Shown here: piece after piece, positions 23,269-34,302 of the stretch
How the letters are laid out: the number at the start of each line of letters is the position of its first letter
Position numbering within the stretch: position 1 is the first letter of the stretch
Source of the DNA: Acidobacteriota bacterium
Lineage (GTDB): Bacteria > Acidobacteriota > UBA6911 > RPQK01 > DATIPO01
Assembly (NCBI GenBank): GCA_035471785.1
Contig: DATIPQ010000005.1
Coordinates: 11,330 to 75,329 of the forward strand
Length of the DNA: 64,000 nucleotides
Direction: 5' to 3'
Made by a program: the position numbers and the translations under genes
The notes under the pieces: generated by a model
Seen by the model: only the letters and a program-made list of their open reading frames with translations
Told to the model about the DNA's origin: nothing
Database searches by the model: none

Positions 23269-24272
23269 CCCGGCAGGCCGAGGGCGGAGAGCATCTCTCG
23301 GCCCGCCAGGCGGAAGAAGCGCTGGACGCCATACTTTCCCGCCACCTGCCGGACTCCGAGATCGCCGAGCTGCTGGTGGCGCTGGCCGAGAAAGGCGAGC
23401 ATCCTCAGGAGATCACCGGATTTGCCCGCGCCATGCGCCGCCACGCCTTGCGCCTACCCGTGCGGCGCGACGACCTGGTCGATACCGCCGGCACGGGCGG
23501 GGGAGCCGACACCTTCAACGTCTCCACCACGGCGGCCTTCGTCATCGCCGGAGCCGGGGTGGCGGTGGCCAAGCACGGCAACCGGGCCGTCACCTCGCGC
23601 AGCGGATCCGCCGACCTGCTGGAAGAACTGGGCGTCGACATCGGCCACCAACCCGAGTTGGCCGCCGCCTGCCTGCAGGAGATCGGAGTGGCCTTTCTCT
23701 TCGCACCGGCTTTTCATCCCGCTATGGCCAGGGTGGCCCAGATCCGCCGCAACCTGTCCAGACGCACCATCTTCAATCTGCTGGGTCCTCTCACCAATCC
23801 CATGGGGGCCTCCTATCAACTGGTAGGCGTGTTCGCGCCCGAGTTGACGGAGTCCTTGGCCTGGTCGCTGGCTTCGCTGGGATGCCGCAGGGCCTGGGTG
23901 GTCCACTCCCGGGACGGCCTGGACGAGATCTCTCCGGCCGCCTTGACCCGCGTCAGCCAGGTCGAGGACCGGCGCGTCCAGACCTTCGATTTCGATCCCC
24001 GCGATTACGGAATCGAAGAGGACGAGAGGCCTCTGCCCAAGGGAGGCGATCCCGCCCGCAATGCCGAAATCACCACCGGACTGCTGGAAGGGCGCCTGGG
24101 GGGCCGGGCCCGCCAGATCGTCCTCCTCAACGCCGCCGCTGCCATCTATCTGGTGGAAGGCGGCAGCTTCGAGCAGGCTCTCGACAAGGCCGCCGAATCG
24201 CTCGACTCCGGTGCGGCCCTCGAAAAACTGCGCCGGCTGGTGCAAGCCACTCAAACAGGAGATTTGTCGTAG
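23253..24272 (+). CDS. trpD: Anthranilate phosphoribosyltransferase
   Basis: …[21 protein letters not shown]…. Confidence 0.9.
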   Translation: MLRELTRQAEGGEHLSARQAEEALDAILSRHLPDSEIAELLVALAEKGEHPQEITGFARAMRRHALRLPVRRDDLVDTAGTGGGADTFNVSTTAAFVIAGAGVAVAKHGNRAVTSRSGSADLLEELGVDIGHQPELAAACLQEIGVAFLFAPAFHPAMARVAQIRRNLSRRTIFNLLGPLTNPMGASYQLVGVFAPELTESLAWSLASLGCRRAWVVHSRDGLDEISPAALTRVSQVEDRRVQTFDFDPRDYGIEEDERPLPKGGDPARNAEITTGLLEGRLGGRARQIVLLNAAAAIYLVEGGSFEQALDKAAESLDSGAALEKLRRLVQATQTGDLS

Positions 24273-24275
24273 CCG

Positions 24276-25074
<799 letters not shown>

Positions 25075-25081
<7 letters not shown>

Positions 25082-25635
25082 TCAAGATCTGCGGCATCAC
25101 GACCCTGGAGGACGCCCTGGCGGCCTTGCACGGAGGAGCCACCGCGGTCGGCTTCAACTACGTCCGGCAAAGCCCGCGCTACATCGATCCTGAAGGGTCC
25201 CGGACCATCCTCAAGGCCCTGCCTGAGAGTGCCCTCAAGGTGGCCGTGGTGATAGCCTCGCGGGGTCCGCGGCCCTTCATTCCTCCCGAGATCGACGTGG
25301 TGCAGGTCCACGGGGCGACAGGTGAGGCCGACCTGCAAGGGTGGGGACGCCCGGTGTGGGCGGCGGTAACGCCTTCGGATATCGGCCGTTTTCCGCAGGG
25401 CGACCTGCTGGTCGATCCCTCCATGGGAAAGGGCGTCAAGGCCGATTGGGACGCCCTGCGCCGCCAACTCGCCGGACGCCCCTTCATCCTGGCCGGCGGA
25501 CTCGATGCCGACAACGTGGCCGAGGCCGTACGGCGGGCGCGTCCCCAGGGGGTGGACGTATGCTCCGGAGTGGAGTCCGCGCCCGGCCGCAAAGACCCCC
25601 TCAAACTGAAACGCTTCCTTTCGGAGATATCCTGA
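25075..25635 (+). CDS. trpF: Phosphoribosylanthranilate isomerase
   Basis: [14 protein letters not shown]…. Confidence 0.85.
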
Positions 25636-26852
25636 TGAGTTCCTATGCCAAGCTGCCCGACGCCGGAGGCCATTTCGGCCCTTATGGCGGCAAGTTCGTT
25701 CCCGAGACCCTCATGTCGCCGCTGGAGGAGCTTGACCGCGCCTACCGTCAAGCCCGCCGCGACGAGTCGTTCGAGGAGGAGCTGCAAGACGTGCTGCGCC
25801 GTTTCGTGGGCCGTCCCACGCCCCTCTATCAGGCCCGCCGCCTCTCCCAGCAAGTGGGAGCCCGCGTCTACTTCAAACGCGAGGACCTCTGCCATACCGG
25901 CGCCCACAAGATCAACAACGCGGTGGGGCAGGCCTTGCTGGCTCAGCGCATGGGCAAGTCGCGCATCATCGCCGAAACGGGAGCCGGACAGCACGGCGTA
26001 GCCACCGCCGCCGCCTGCGCCTGGCTGGGACTCGAGTGCGAGGTCTACATGGGCACCGAGGACATGCGCCGACAGGCTCTCAACGTCTACCGCATGGAAC
26101 TCTTCGGGGCCACCGTGACCCCCGTCGACGCCGGTTCGCGCACCCTCAAGGACGCCATCAACGAAGCCATGCGCGACTGGGTCAGCAATGTCGAAGACAC
26201 CCATTACCTGCTGGGATCGGTGTTGGGCGCTCATCCTTACCCGGTGATGGTGCGCGACTTCCAGTCGGTCATCGGACGCGAGGCCCGCCGCCAGGTCCTG
26301 GAAACCGAAGGGCGCCTTCCCGACGCCCTCTCGGCCTGCGTGGGCGGAGGCAGCAACTCCATCGGGCTCTTTCATGCCTTCCTCGACGATCAAGAGGTGG
26401 TCATGGTGGGGGTGGAAGCCGGAGGCCGCGGAGGCGACCTGGGAGATCACGCGGCCCGCTTTCAGGGCGGATCCCTGGGCGTGCTCCACGGCACCCGCAG
26501 CTATCTGCTCCACGACGAACTGGGACAGGTGGCCTTGACCCATTCCGTCTCGGCGGGACTGGACTACCCTTCGGTGGGGCCCGAGCACGCCTACCTGCAT
26601 GACCAAAAGCGTATCCTCTACACTTCGGCCGACGACGAAGAGGCGCTGGAGGCCTTTCACGCCGTGTGCCGCCTGGAAGGCATCCTGCCGGCGCTGGAAT
26701 CGTCCCATGCGGTGGCCGATCTGATGCGCCAAGAGTCGGTGGCCTTGTCGGCGGCCCGCCGGCGGTCAGGACGCCCTGAGCCCATCGTCATCGTCAACAT
26801 GTCAGGACGCGGCGACAAAGACGTTGAAACCGTCCGCAGCTTCTCAGAGTGA
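25635..26852 (+). CDS. trpB: Tryptophan synthase beta chain
   Basis: …[10 protein letters not shown]…[10 protein letters not shown]… PLP motifs; start MSSYAKLP. Confidence 0.9.
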   Translation: MSSYAKLPDAGGHFGPYGGKFVPETLMSPLEELDRAYRQARRDESFEEELQDVLRRFVGRPTPLYQARRLSQQVGARVYFKREDLCHTGAHKINNAVGQALLAQRMGKSRIIAETGAGQHGVATAAACAWLGLECEVYMGTEDMRRQALNVYRMELFGATVTPVDAGSRTLKDAINEAMRDWVSNVEDTHYLLGSVLGAHPYPVMVRDFQSVIGREARRQVLETEGRLPDALSACVGGGSNSIGLFHAFLDDQEVVMVGVEAGGRGGDLGDHAARFQGGSLGVLHGTRSYLLHDELGQVALTHSVSAGLDYPSVGPEHAYLHDQKRILYTSADDEEALEAFHAVCRLEGILPALESSHAVADLMRQESVALSAARRRSGRPEPIVIVNMSGRGDKDVETVRSFSE

Positions 26853-26882
26853 GCGCAGGTTCGAGAAAGGACCGGGAACCAA

Positions 26883-27657
26883 GATGTCGAGACTGTCCGC
26901 AGCCTTTCAGAAACAACCCAAATGCTTCATCCCTTTCGTCACCGCCGGACATCCCGACCTGGAGACGACTGAAGAGATCATCGTGGAACTGGTGGCAGCC
27001 GGGTCCGACATCGTAGAGATCGGCATCCCCTTTTCCGATCCCATCGCCGACGGCCCGGTCATCCAGCGCTCCTCCTTTCAGGCTCTGCAGCACGGATACT
27101 CCATGAGCGATTTCATTCACATGGTGGGACGGGTGCGGGCCAAGACCGACGCCGGACTCCTCTTCATGAGCTACATCAACCCGCTGATGCGCTATGGACT
27201 TGAGCGCCTCGAAGAAGAAGCCGCCCGATCAGGACTGGACGGGCTGCTTATCTCGGACTTGACTCCCGAGGAATACCGGCTCATGCAGCCCTTGGAGAAG
27301 CTGGACACGGTCTTTCTGGCCGCGCCCACCTCCTCGGACCAGCGCCTGCAGAGCATCGCCCGGGTCAGCCGGGGCTTTCTCTACCTGGTGGCCCGAACCG
27401 GCGTGACGGGAAGTCACACCGAGGTGGGGGAAGAAATCGCCTCCACCGTGGCGCGCTTGCGCCGCTACACCGACACGCCCATCGCCGTCGGCTTCGGCAT
27501 CGATTCCCCGGAGGCGGTGCAGCGGGTGTGGGAGCAGGCCGAGGGCGCCGTGGTGGGTTCGGCCATCGTCCAGTTCATCGAGGAACACAAGGGCGAAGCC
27601 GAGTTGCCCAAGCAAGTCGGCCGCTACGTGCGCCAACTCATCCCCGACGTCAGGTAG
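26883..27657 (+). CDS. trpA: Tryptophan synthase alpha chain
   Basis: MSRLSAAFQKQPKCFIPFVTAGHPDLETT…. Confidence 0.9.
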
Positions 27658-27677
27658 CACACGGTCGGTCCTTGAAA

Positions 27678-27706
27678 GCTGGGAGCGCATCCTTGCGGCG
27701 ATCTGC
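27678..27706. repeat. Dispersed intergenic repeat copy 3 (AGCTGGGAGCGCATCCTTGCGGCGATCTGC)
   Basis: Matches 5835-5868. Confidence 0.6.
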
Positions 27707-27723
27707 ACAACGCCTCAAGCCTC

Positions 27724-28866
27724 TCAATACTTGGCAATGGAAGGATCGACTTGATCCGACCAGGCCAAGATGCCTCCGGCCAGGTTGCGGACGCGTCTAA
27801 AGCCGTTCTCCAGCAACCTCTCGGTGGCGTCCGCGCTGCGCGCTCCGGAGCGGCAGAAGACCACGATGTCCCTGTCGGGATCGAGTTCCTCCATCCGCTC
27901 ATCCAGCTCGGGCAGCGGGATCAGCGCCGAAGCCGCTTCCAGCTTGGCGATATCCAGTTCAGGCGGATTGCGCACGTCGAGGACGAACAGGTCTTTGCCG
28001 GCATCCAGTTCCTCTTTCAATTGACGCGGACTGACCTCGGGCACTCTGGTTTCTTGCTCGTGATTCCTCATTCCACAAAACCCCTCATAGTCGATCAGAT
28101 TGCTTTGGGTGGGATGATCTCCGCACACGGGACACTCGGGATTGCGCTTGATCTTAAGTTCGCGGAAGCGCATGGACAGCGCGTCCACCAGCAGCAGGCG
28201 TCCCGCCAGCGGCCGGCCGCGGCCCACTATCAGCTTGATGATCTCGGTGGCCTGGATCACTCCCAACAAACCCGGCAAGATGCCCAGCACGCCTCCCTCG
28301 GCGCAGGAGGGCACCAGTCCCGGATCGGGCGGTTTGGGAAAGAGGCAGCGGTAACAGGGGCCTCCCGGCAAGCCGAACAGCGAAGCCTGTCCCTCGAAAC
28401 GGAAGATGCTGGCGTAGGCGTTGGGCGTGCCCGTCAGCACGCAGGCGTCGTTGACCAGGTAGCGGGTGGGGAAGTTGTCGGTCCCGTCGGCCACCATGTC
28501 GTAGTCTTCGATGACTTCCAGCGCATTGCTCGAATCGAGGCGCATCTCATGGGTCACCACTTCCACCTCGGGGTTCAGATCGCCCAGCCGCTCCCGCGCC
28601 GATTCCAGCTTGGATCGCCCCAGACGGGAAGTGCCGTACAGGATCTGCCTTTGCAGGTTTGAAGCGTCCACTACGTCGAAGTCGACGATGCCCAGGCGCC
28701 CCACGCCGGCCGCCGCCAGGTAGAGGGCCAGCGGAGAGCCCAGTCCGCCGGCGCCCACGCACAGCACAGAAGCCTGTTTGAGCTTCTTCTGCCCTTCCAT
28801 TCCCACTTCGGGCAGGATCAAATGCCGGCTGTAGCGCTCCAGTTCGGCGCGGCTCAACTCGCTCAT
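27724..28866 (-). CDS. moeZ: E1-like MoeB/ThiF adenylyltransferase fused to C-terminal rhodanese (MoeZ/sulfur-carrier protein adenylyltransferase)
   Basis: ThiF GxGxxG (VLCVGAGGLGSP), CxxC pairs, C-terminal rhodanese with active-site Cys (VVFCRSGARS). Confidence 0.8.
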   Translation of the reverse strand: MSELSRAELERYSRHLILPEVGMEGQKKLKQASVLCVGAGGLGSPLALYLAAAGVGRLGIVDFDVVDASNLQRQILYGTSRLGRSKLESARERLGDLNPEVEVVTHEMRLDSSNALEVIEDYDMVADGTDNFPTRYLVNDACVLTGTPNAYASIFRFEGQASLFGLPGGPCYRCLFPKPPDPGLVPSCAEGGVLGILPGLLGVIQATEIIKLIVGRGRPLAGRLLLVDALSMRFRELKIKRNPECPVCGDHPTQSNLIDYEGFCGMRNHEQETRVPEVSPRQLKEELDAGKDLFVLDVRNPPELDIAKLEAASALIPLPELDERMEELDPDRDIVVFCRSGARSADATERLLENGFRRVRNLAGGILAWSDQVDPSIAKY

Positions 28867-28885
28867 GGCTCCAGCATAGCAGGAT

Positions 28886-29311
28886 TCAGGTGCAGATAAT
28901 TTCCACCTGGTCGGCTGAAGGGCGCAGCCTCCAGGCTCTGCTCTGGCGGGCCTGGCCGCGCCTGACGCTGAAGATCCAGTAGACGAGTTCGGGCCAGGCC
29001 ATCTTCAGGTCGAAGCGGGACGGCTGAGGCGGTGCGTCGGGATGGGAATGATAAACGCCTACGACGTGCAGGCCTTTCTTGCTCAGGGCGGAGTGAACCC
29101 GGCGATGAAAGCCGGGTGCGATGGTGAAGCGGGAACCCCTGCCCTCTTCCCCATCCTGCGGCCACGAGTTGGGGGCCGGGAAAGCCTCCGCCACCTGGAC
29201 GGTCTCTCCCTCCCGCCTTCCTCCCAACAGGCCGCAGGCCTCCTCAGGATAGGCGTCTTGCACACGTTCGGTAATGGAGGCCATCAATTGGCGGGAGACC
29301 TTCAACTGCAC
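28886..29311 (-). CDS. JAMM/MPN+ metalloprotease (Mec+-like, ubiquitin-like-carrier deconjugase)
   Basis: E…HSHPDAPPQPSRFD JAMM motif (HxH…S…D). Confidence 0.75.
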   Translation of the reverse strand: MQLKVSRQLMASITERVQDAYPEEACGLLGGRREGETVQVAEAFPAPNSWPQDGEEGRGSRFTIAPGFHRRVHSALSKKGLHVVGVYHSHPDAPPQPSRFDLKMAWPELVYWIFSVRRGQARQSRAWRLRPSADQVEIICT

Positions 29312-29339
29312 CAGGGCAGTATCTCACAGTCAGAAAGTG

Positions 29340-29370
29340 AAAAGGCCCGCAGGGTGCTTGCGGGCCTTTT
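29340..29370. terminator. GC-rich hairpin GGCCCGCAGGGUGCUUGCGGGCC flanked by A/T tracts on both sides (bidirectional terminator-like) in 670-bp intergenic region
   Basis: Seen in sequence. Confidence 0.35.
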
Positions 29371-29978
29371 CGGTTTCCAATCGGTATGGAATCGATCGCA
29401 CTCGACGCGGCTGCCTTTCGGGGTCGTCGAATCGCGCCCACCGCATTAGGGTGTGGAACGGCGGTATCGGGTTGCGACTCGCCAGCCTCTCCGGCTCTGC
29501 AGCGCAGGTCCCTTAAGGGGAAGGGAAACAGGCCTGCGCTAAAGGCCACGTCAAGCTTTTCTATTCTGTGCCGAATTCCCTTTCCTGTCAATAAGTTTAT
29601 GCCCATAGAAAGGGTTTTGGCTTCTTGCGCGCACTCTCAGCCGTTGGCCCGGGTGCTGCCGATCGACCGGAGAAAGGAGGATTACGCTAAGCCTTGGGGG
29701 AGATGGCAGGGGCGAGAAGGGCTTGAGCTCGCTAGGGTAGGTAGGGTTGCCTTCCCGCCCCCCGTTTCATCCATCAGGAGGCACCGCCATGAATGGCGAT
29801 GACTTTCATAAGAGTTAGACGGTTTTCTGCGGAAAAAGTTCGTATGAATCTCCAGTTTTTTCCTCGAACTGCCGAAAAATCGCCGTCACAAGGCCGTGAA
29901 ATGGCCCGAATCTTTTGACGGCGTGGCAGGCGGAGGACTGTCTCGGGCGGCTCCTGGAACCCATTCCAGACTTGGTCT

Positions 29979-30497
29979 TCAACGGGTTTGACGCTTCTTG
30001 AAGGACCATGTGAAGGCGAAGCGGGCCACCACGGTTCCGTCCTTGAGACGACCGACGGTTTCCACCCTGGCGGTGGCCGGCTCGCCCTCTTGCAAGGTCT
30101 GAGATACGGCCCTGGCCAGGGCCTCTCCCTGCTGGCAGGTGAAGAAGGTGGTCCCCGTGGCCTTCTTTTCGAACTCGGCTTCCAATCCCACTATGAGCAT
30201 GGCCACCGAAGCGGGCGCCAGACGCACCTGCAGATCGGCCAGCAAGCCGGTGGAAAGCTCGGCCGCCATGGAGAGAGCAGCGAAATAAGTGGAGCGGAAG
30301 GGATTGGTGGTGCGCCATCCGTAAGGCACTGAGACCCGGCAAGAGGACTCGTCCAGGTCCCTCACCCGCAGCCCCGCCATCAAGGCCAGCGGCAGCTTGG
30401 TCAAGAAGAAGAGGCGCAAGTAAAAGGGACTGCGCACCTTCTCGATCATCGATTGCACCGTGCTGCGCTGAGCGGGGGCGGCTTCTGCTTTGTCCAT
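29979..30497 (-). CDS. Hotdog-fold/DUF4442-like hypothetical protein
   Basis: Weak family recollection only (…[18 protein letters not shown]…); coding-like vs R/G-rich alternate frame. Confidence 0.4.
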   Translation of the reverse strand: MDKAEAAPAQRSTVQSMIEKVRSPFYLRLFFLTKLPLALMAGLRVRDLDESSCRVSVPYGWRTTNPFRSTYFAALSMAAELSTGLLADLQVRLAPASVAMLIVGLEAEFEKKATGTTFFTCQQGEALARAVSQTLQEGEPATARVETVGRLKDGTVVARFAFTWSFKKRQTR

Positions 30498-30510
30498 GGC
30501 TGTGTTCCTC

Positions 30511-31413
30511 TCAGCGGCCGATGACGCCCATTTGGTCGAGGAGGCCTTCGCGGTCGCGCCAGCCGGCTTCTACCTTGACGTTGAGGTCGAGGTAGAGGCT
30601 CTTGACCTCGAGCATGCGCTTGAGCTCCTTGCGGGCTTCGGTGCCGATCCGCTTGATCATGCGTCCGCCCCGCCCGATGACGATTTTCTTGTGGTTGGGC
30701 TTGTCGACCAAAATCGAGGCCGTGATGCGCAGGAAGCTTTCCTCCTCCTGGCGACGGCTCTCGTCGAACTCCTCGATCACTACGGCGGTGGAGTAGGGAA
30801 TCTCTCGGCGGGTGTGAGCCAGAACCTTTTCGCGGATGATCTCGGAAGCCAGGAAGCGCTCCTGCTGATCGGTGAAGTAGTCTTCGGGAAAAAGCCAGTC
30901 CGACTCGGGCAGATGCTCGGCGATGCGCTCCAGCAGCACCTCGACGTTGTCGCCCTGGGAGGCCGAGATGGGGATGATCTCCTGGTAGGCGAAGCGCTCG
31001 TTGTAAGCTTCGATCTCGGGCAGCAGACGGCCCTTGTTGACGGCGTCGGCCTTGTTGAGCAGCAGCAGGGTGGGCTTGCCGGCCTGCTTGACCAAATCGA
31101 CCACGAACTGCTCGCCGCGTCCGTAGGGCTCGGAGGCGTCCACCATGTGAAGCAGCAGATCCACGTCCTTGATGGCTTCGTAGACGGTATCCATCATGAT
31201 CTGGTTGAGGCGGTAGCCCGGCTTGTGGATTCCCGGAGTGTCGACGAAGATCATTTGTGCCTCCCCGCGGTTGAGGACGCCCAAGATGCGCCGACGCGTG
31301 GTTTGGGGCTTGTCGCTGACGATGGCGATCTTCTGCCCCATGAGGTGGTTGAGCAGCGTCGACTTGCCCGCGTTGGGGCGTCCGATGAGCGCGATGTGAC
31401 CGCATTTGGACAT
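30511..31413 (-). CDS. era: GTPase Era
   Basis: [18 protein letters not shown]… plus C-terminal KH domain. Confidence 0.9.
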   Translation of the reverse strand: MSKCGHIALIGRPNAGKSTLLNHLMGQKIAIVSDKPQTTRRRILGVLNRGEAQMIFVDTPGIHKPGYRLNQIMMDTVYEAIKDVDLLLHMVDASEPYGRGEQFVVDLVKQAGKPTLLLLNKADAVNKGRLLPEIEAYNERFAYQEIIPISASQGDNVEVLLERIAEHLPESDWLFPEDYFTDQQERFLASEIIREKVLAHTRREIPYSTAVVIEEFDESRRQEEESFLRITASILVDKPNHKKIVIGRGGRMIKRIGTEARKELKRMLEVKSLYLDLNVKVEAGWRDREGLLDQMGVIGR

Positions 31414-31509
31414 GGCTTCAGTGTATCGGATTTCGCTTCGCCGAGTCGCGATGTCAGCCGCGCCGGCCGTGTTAAAATAGGCGTTTGGACCGACGGGAGC
31501 AGAACCAAT

Positions 31510-32259
31510 ATGTCAGGACATTCCAAGTGGCATTCGATTAAACATAAGAAGGCGGCGGCTGACGCCAAGCGGGGCAAGCTGTTCACCCGCTTGATCAAGG
31601 AGATCAGCGTGGCCGCGCGCCTGGGCGGCGGGGACGAAGATTCCAATCCGCGGCTACGCACGGCGGTTGAGAAGGCCAAAGGCGCCAACATGCCCCAGGA
31701 CAACATCAAGCGGGCCATTCTCAAAGGCACCGGAGAACTGCCGGGGCAGGTCTACGAACCCGTCAGCTACGAGGGCTACGGACCGGGCGGAGCGGCCGTC
31801 TTCATCGAAACGCTGACCGACAACAGGAACCGCACCGTGGCCGAGATCCGTCACCTCTTCTCGAAACATAACGGCAACCTGGCCGAGAACGGGGCGGTGG
31901 CCTGGATCTTCGAACGCAAGGGCTACTTCAGGGTTCCTCTGGACGCAGCCGAGGAAGACCAGTTGCTGGAGATTGCCCTGGAAGCCGGCGCCGAGGACAT
32001 GGAGACGGGCGAGGACGCTTACGAGATCTATTCGCCCTTCGAGCAATTCGATGCGGTGCGCGACGCGCTGGACAAGGCCGGCATCGAGGCCGAAAGCAAA
32101 GAAGTCACCATGATCCCGCAGAACTCCCTGGCCCTGGAGGGCAAGCAGGCCCAGCAGATGCTCAAGCTGATGGATGCGCTGGAAGACCACGAAGACGTGC
32201 AGAACGTCTACTCCAACCTCGACATCGACGAAGCCGAGATGGAAGCCCTCATGAACTGA
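31510..32259 (+). CDS. yebC: YebC/PmpR-family transcriptional regulator
   Basis: [28 protein letters not shown]…. Confidence 0.9.
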   Translation: MSGHSKWHSIKHKKAAADAKRGKLFTRLIKEISVAARLGGGDEDSNPRLRTAVEKAKGANMPQDNIKRAILKGTGELPGQVYEPVSYEGYGPGGAAVFIETLTDNRNRTVAEIRHLFSKHNGNLAENGAVAWIFERKGYFRVPLDAAEEDQLLEIALEAGAEDMETGEDAYEIYSPFEQFDAVRDALDKAGIEAESKEVTMIPQNSLALEGKQAQQMLKLMDALEDHEDVQNVYSNLDIDEAEMEALMN

Positions 32260-32416
32260 GGGGCTGGCCTGGCTCGCCAAAATCCAACTTCCAAAGCCCC
32301 CAACTCACAACAGTCGGTCTTGCCCTTTTTTGGAGCCTTTGCGGGTTGGGAATTGGAGCTTGAGAGTTCGAGTCGGCCACGACTCGCATGACAGAGCCGC
32401 GTGACAAGATAAGCGG

Positions 32417-32935
32417 ATGAAGGTGTTCGGCGTCGATCCGGGCAGCCGGGTGACGGGCTACGGGGTCATCGAAGCGCAGGGAAGCCGGCTCAAGTGCCTC
32501 GACTATGGAAAGGTGGAGGGGCTCAAACGCGGAGACTCTTCCGATTTCGCCCAGCGTCTGGTTCGCATCTACCAAGGATTAAAGCAGCGCATCGCCGAGC
32601 ACCAGCCCGAGGTGGTGGCGGTGGAGAAGGTCTTTCACGCCGTCAACGTGCAGACGGCCCTCAAGTTGGGCCATGCCCGCGGCGTCATCTTGCTGGCCGC
32701 CGCCGAAGCCGGCGTCCCCATCCTCGAATACTCGCCCCTGGAGATCAAGAAGTCGGTGGTGGGCTACGGACGGGCCGAGAAAACGCAGGTGCAGATGATG
32801 GTCAAGACGTTGCTCAACCTGCGCCGTACGCCTCAGCCCCACGACGCCGCCGACGCCCTGGCGGTGGCTATCTGCCACAGCTTCAACGGATCACCACGCC
32901 GGCGTAGCCGACAACGCTGGAAAATTCCCCGGTAA
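32417..32935 (+). CDS. ruvC: Holliday junction resolvase RuvC
   Basis: MKVFGVDPGSRVTGYGVIE…. Confidence 0.9.
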   Translation: MKVFGVDPGSRVTGYGVIEAQGSRLKCLDYGKVEGLKRGDSSDFAQRLVRIYQGLKQRIAEHQPEVVAVEKVFHAVNVQTALKLGHARGVILLAAAEAGVPILEYSPLEIKKSVVGYGRAEKTQVQMMVKTLLNLRRTPQPHDAADALAVAICHSFNGSPRRRSRQRWKIPR

Positions 32936-33686
32936 CGTCGCTGGACTGGGCATAGTCGACCACCTCGGCTCTTCGCGCCTCCAGCAGCCTGCACGCCTCC
33001 ATAATCGCGATCATGGGACCGTATCCGCACATCGAGATGGGCCGTTCCCGCACCTCGCGATAGAGCCCCTGGCAGTCCATTTCACAGATCAGGCGCAGGG
33101 CGGCTTGGTCCTTTTGGCGGCCGACCTCGGCGGGCTCGAAGTGGTTCATGTCGGAAGTGGCGATGAGCATGACCGGCTCTTCCGCCTCTTCCAGCACAGC
33201 CGCCAATCCGCGTCCCAGAAGCAGCAGGCTCTGCAGTCGCGAGGTTCCCACGGCCACCGGCACGAAGGTGAACTCGTCCAGGAAGTACTGGAGGAAGGGC
33301 AACTGCACTTCCACAGAGTGCTCGCGGCGCAGGGCCTCGGGGCTGTCCTGCACGTTCAGGCAGTGGCGTTTGATGGCGCGCGCCAGCGGACGGTCGATCT
33401 CAACCTCGCCGAGGGGAGTCTGCCAGCGTCCCAGCGACTGGATGGAAAGCGGGGCGCCCCGTCCCGTGTGGTTGGGGCAGAGCAGGATGAAGCGGCGGGG
33501 AAGCTGCAGCCCTGCCAGGGTCTTGCCGATGATGTGGCCGCAATAGCGGTATCCGGCATGGGGCAGCATCACGCCCAAGGCCTTGTGCTTGGAGCGTTGA
33601 GGAGGAATGGCCGAGGCTACCTGGCGGCGCAGTTCCGGCGCTTCTCCAGGATAAAAGCTGCCGGCAAAAGCCGCCTTGTGGATCAT
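32883..33686 (-). CDS. MEMO1-family protein (AmmeMemoRadiSam system protein B-like)
   Basis: AGSFYPGEAPELRRQV…MLPHAGYRYCGHI…. Confidence 0.8.
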   Translation of the reverse strand: MIHKAAFAGSFYPGEAPELRRQVASAIPPQRSKHKALGVMLPHAGYRYCGHIIGKTLAGLQLPRRFILLCPNHTGRGAPLSIQSLGRWQTPLGEVEIDRPLARAIKRHCLNVQDSPEALRREHSVEVQLPFLQYFLDEFTFVPVAVGTSRLQSLLLLGRGLAAVLEEAEEPVMLIATSDMNHFEPAEVGRQKDQAALRLICEMDCQGLYREVRERPISMCGYGPMIAIMEACRLLEARRAEVVDYAQSSDVTGEFSSVVGYAGVVIR

Positions 33687-33718
33687 TTCAATGCCTCCCT
33701 CTCTATCTTAACGTCCTC

Positions 33719-34165
33719 CTAGCTGATTTCAATGCGGCGGGGGCTGAGCTCTCTCTGCTTGGCCAAGCGGATGGTCAGCACGCCGTCGCGCAGCAGGGCG
33801 GAAATGGTGTCCGAGTCGAGGTGACCGGGCAGGTTGAAGTGGCGGATGAAGCGGCCCCAGGCGCGCTCGCGCTGATGGTGGACCACTTCGCCCTCGGCCC
33901 TCGGCTGCCGCCGCCGCTGCCCGCTCAGGGTCAGCACGTTGCCCGTCAACTGCAGTTTCACGTCCTCTCGCTGCACTTCGGGCAACTCGGCCTTGACCAC
34001 GAACTCCTCCGCCGTTTCCAGGATATCGACGACGGGGGTCCAGGCCCGCTCGGAGGAAGGTGCGGAGGACTCTTCGGCCGAGGGTCCCGATTGGACGCTC
34101 TGCTCCAGGATCTGCTTCATGCGTTGCTGGAGCTGTTTCAACTCTTGAAACGGGTCTTGACTCAT
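33719..34165 (-). CDS. Hsp20/alpha-crystallin small heat-shock protein
   Basis: …WTPVVDILETAEEFVVKAELPEV… ACD domain. Confidence 0.85.
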   Translation of the reverse strand: MSQDPFQELKQLQQRMKQILEQSVQSGPSAEESSAPSSERAWTPVVDILETAEEFVVKAELPEVQREDVKLQLTGNVLTLSGQRRRQPRAEGEVVHHQRERAWGRFIRHFNLPGHLDSDTISALLRDGVLTIRLAKQRELSPRRIEIS

Positions 34166-34253
34166 GCGGTCACGTCCCTGAAATCAAACTTGAGTCTGTT
34201 CTTGTCAACTTTTTTAAGCCCCGGCCTTGCTTCCGGCGCGGTCGGGTCTTAGA

Positions 34254-34275
34254 TAAACTCTCGCAGAAGAGTTTA
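34254..34275. promoter_or_regulatory. Perfect inverted repeat TAAACTCT-N6-AGAGTTTA, 28 bp upstream of clpB ATG in hsp20/clpB divergent region (candidate repressor operator)
   Basis: 8-bp perfect arms; also a HAIR-like half-site CTTGAGT at 34189-34195. Confidence 0.4.
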
Positions 34276-34302
34276 AAAGAATTCCTTTGAGGACGAAAGT
34301 AA

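Noticed and set aside
29440-29480. AGGGTGTGGAACGGCGGTATCGGG resembling the RNase P RNA P4 region/AGGGUGAAA motif.
   Set aside because: The other universally conserved RNase P motifs (GGAAAGUCCGGGCUCC, ACAGAACCCGGCUUA) are not found in the neighbourhood.
29815-30342. 175-aa R/G-rich ORF on the minus strand.
   Set aside because: It overlaps the more coding-like hotdog/DUF4442-like frame (29979-30497) and looks like a GC-rich alternate frame.
34183-34210. HspR-associated inverted repeat (HAIR, CTTGAGT-N7-ACTCAAG) upstream of hsp20/clpB.
   Set aside because: Only the left half-site is present and the right arm reads TGTCAAC. I reported the distinct perfect IR at 34254-34275 instead.
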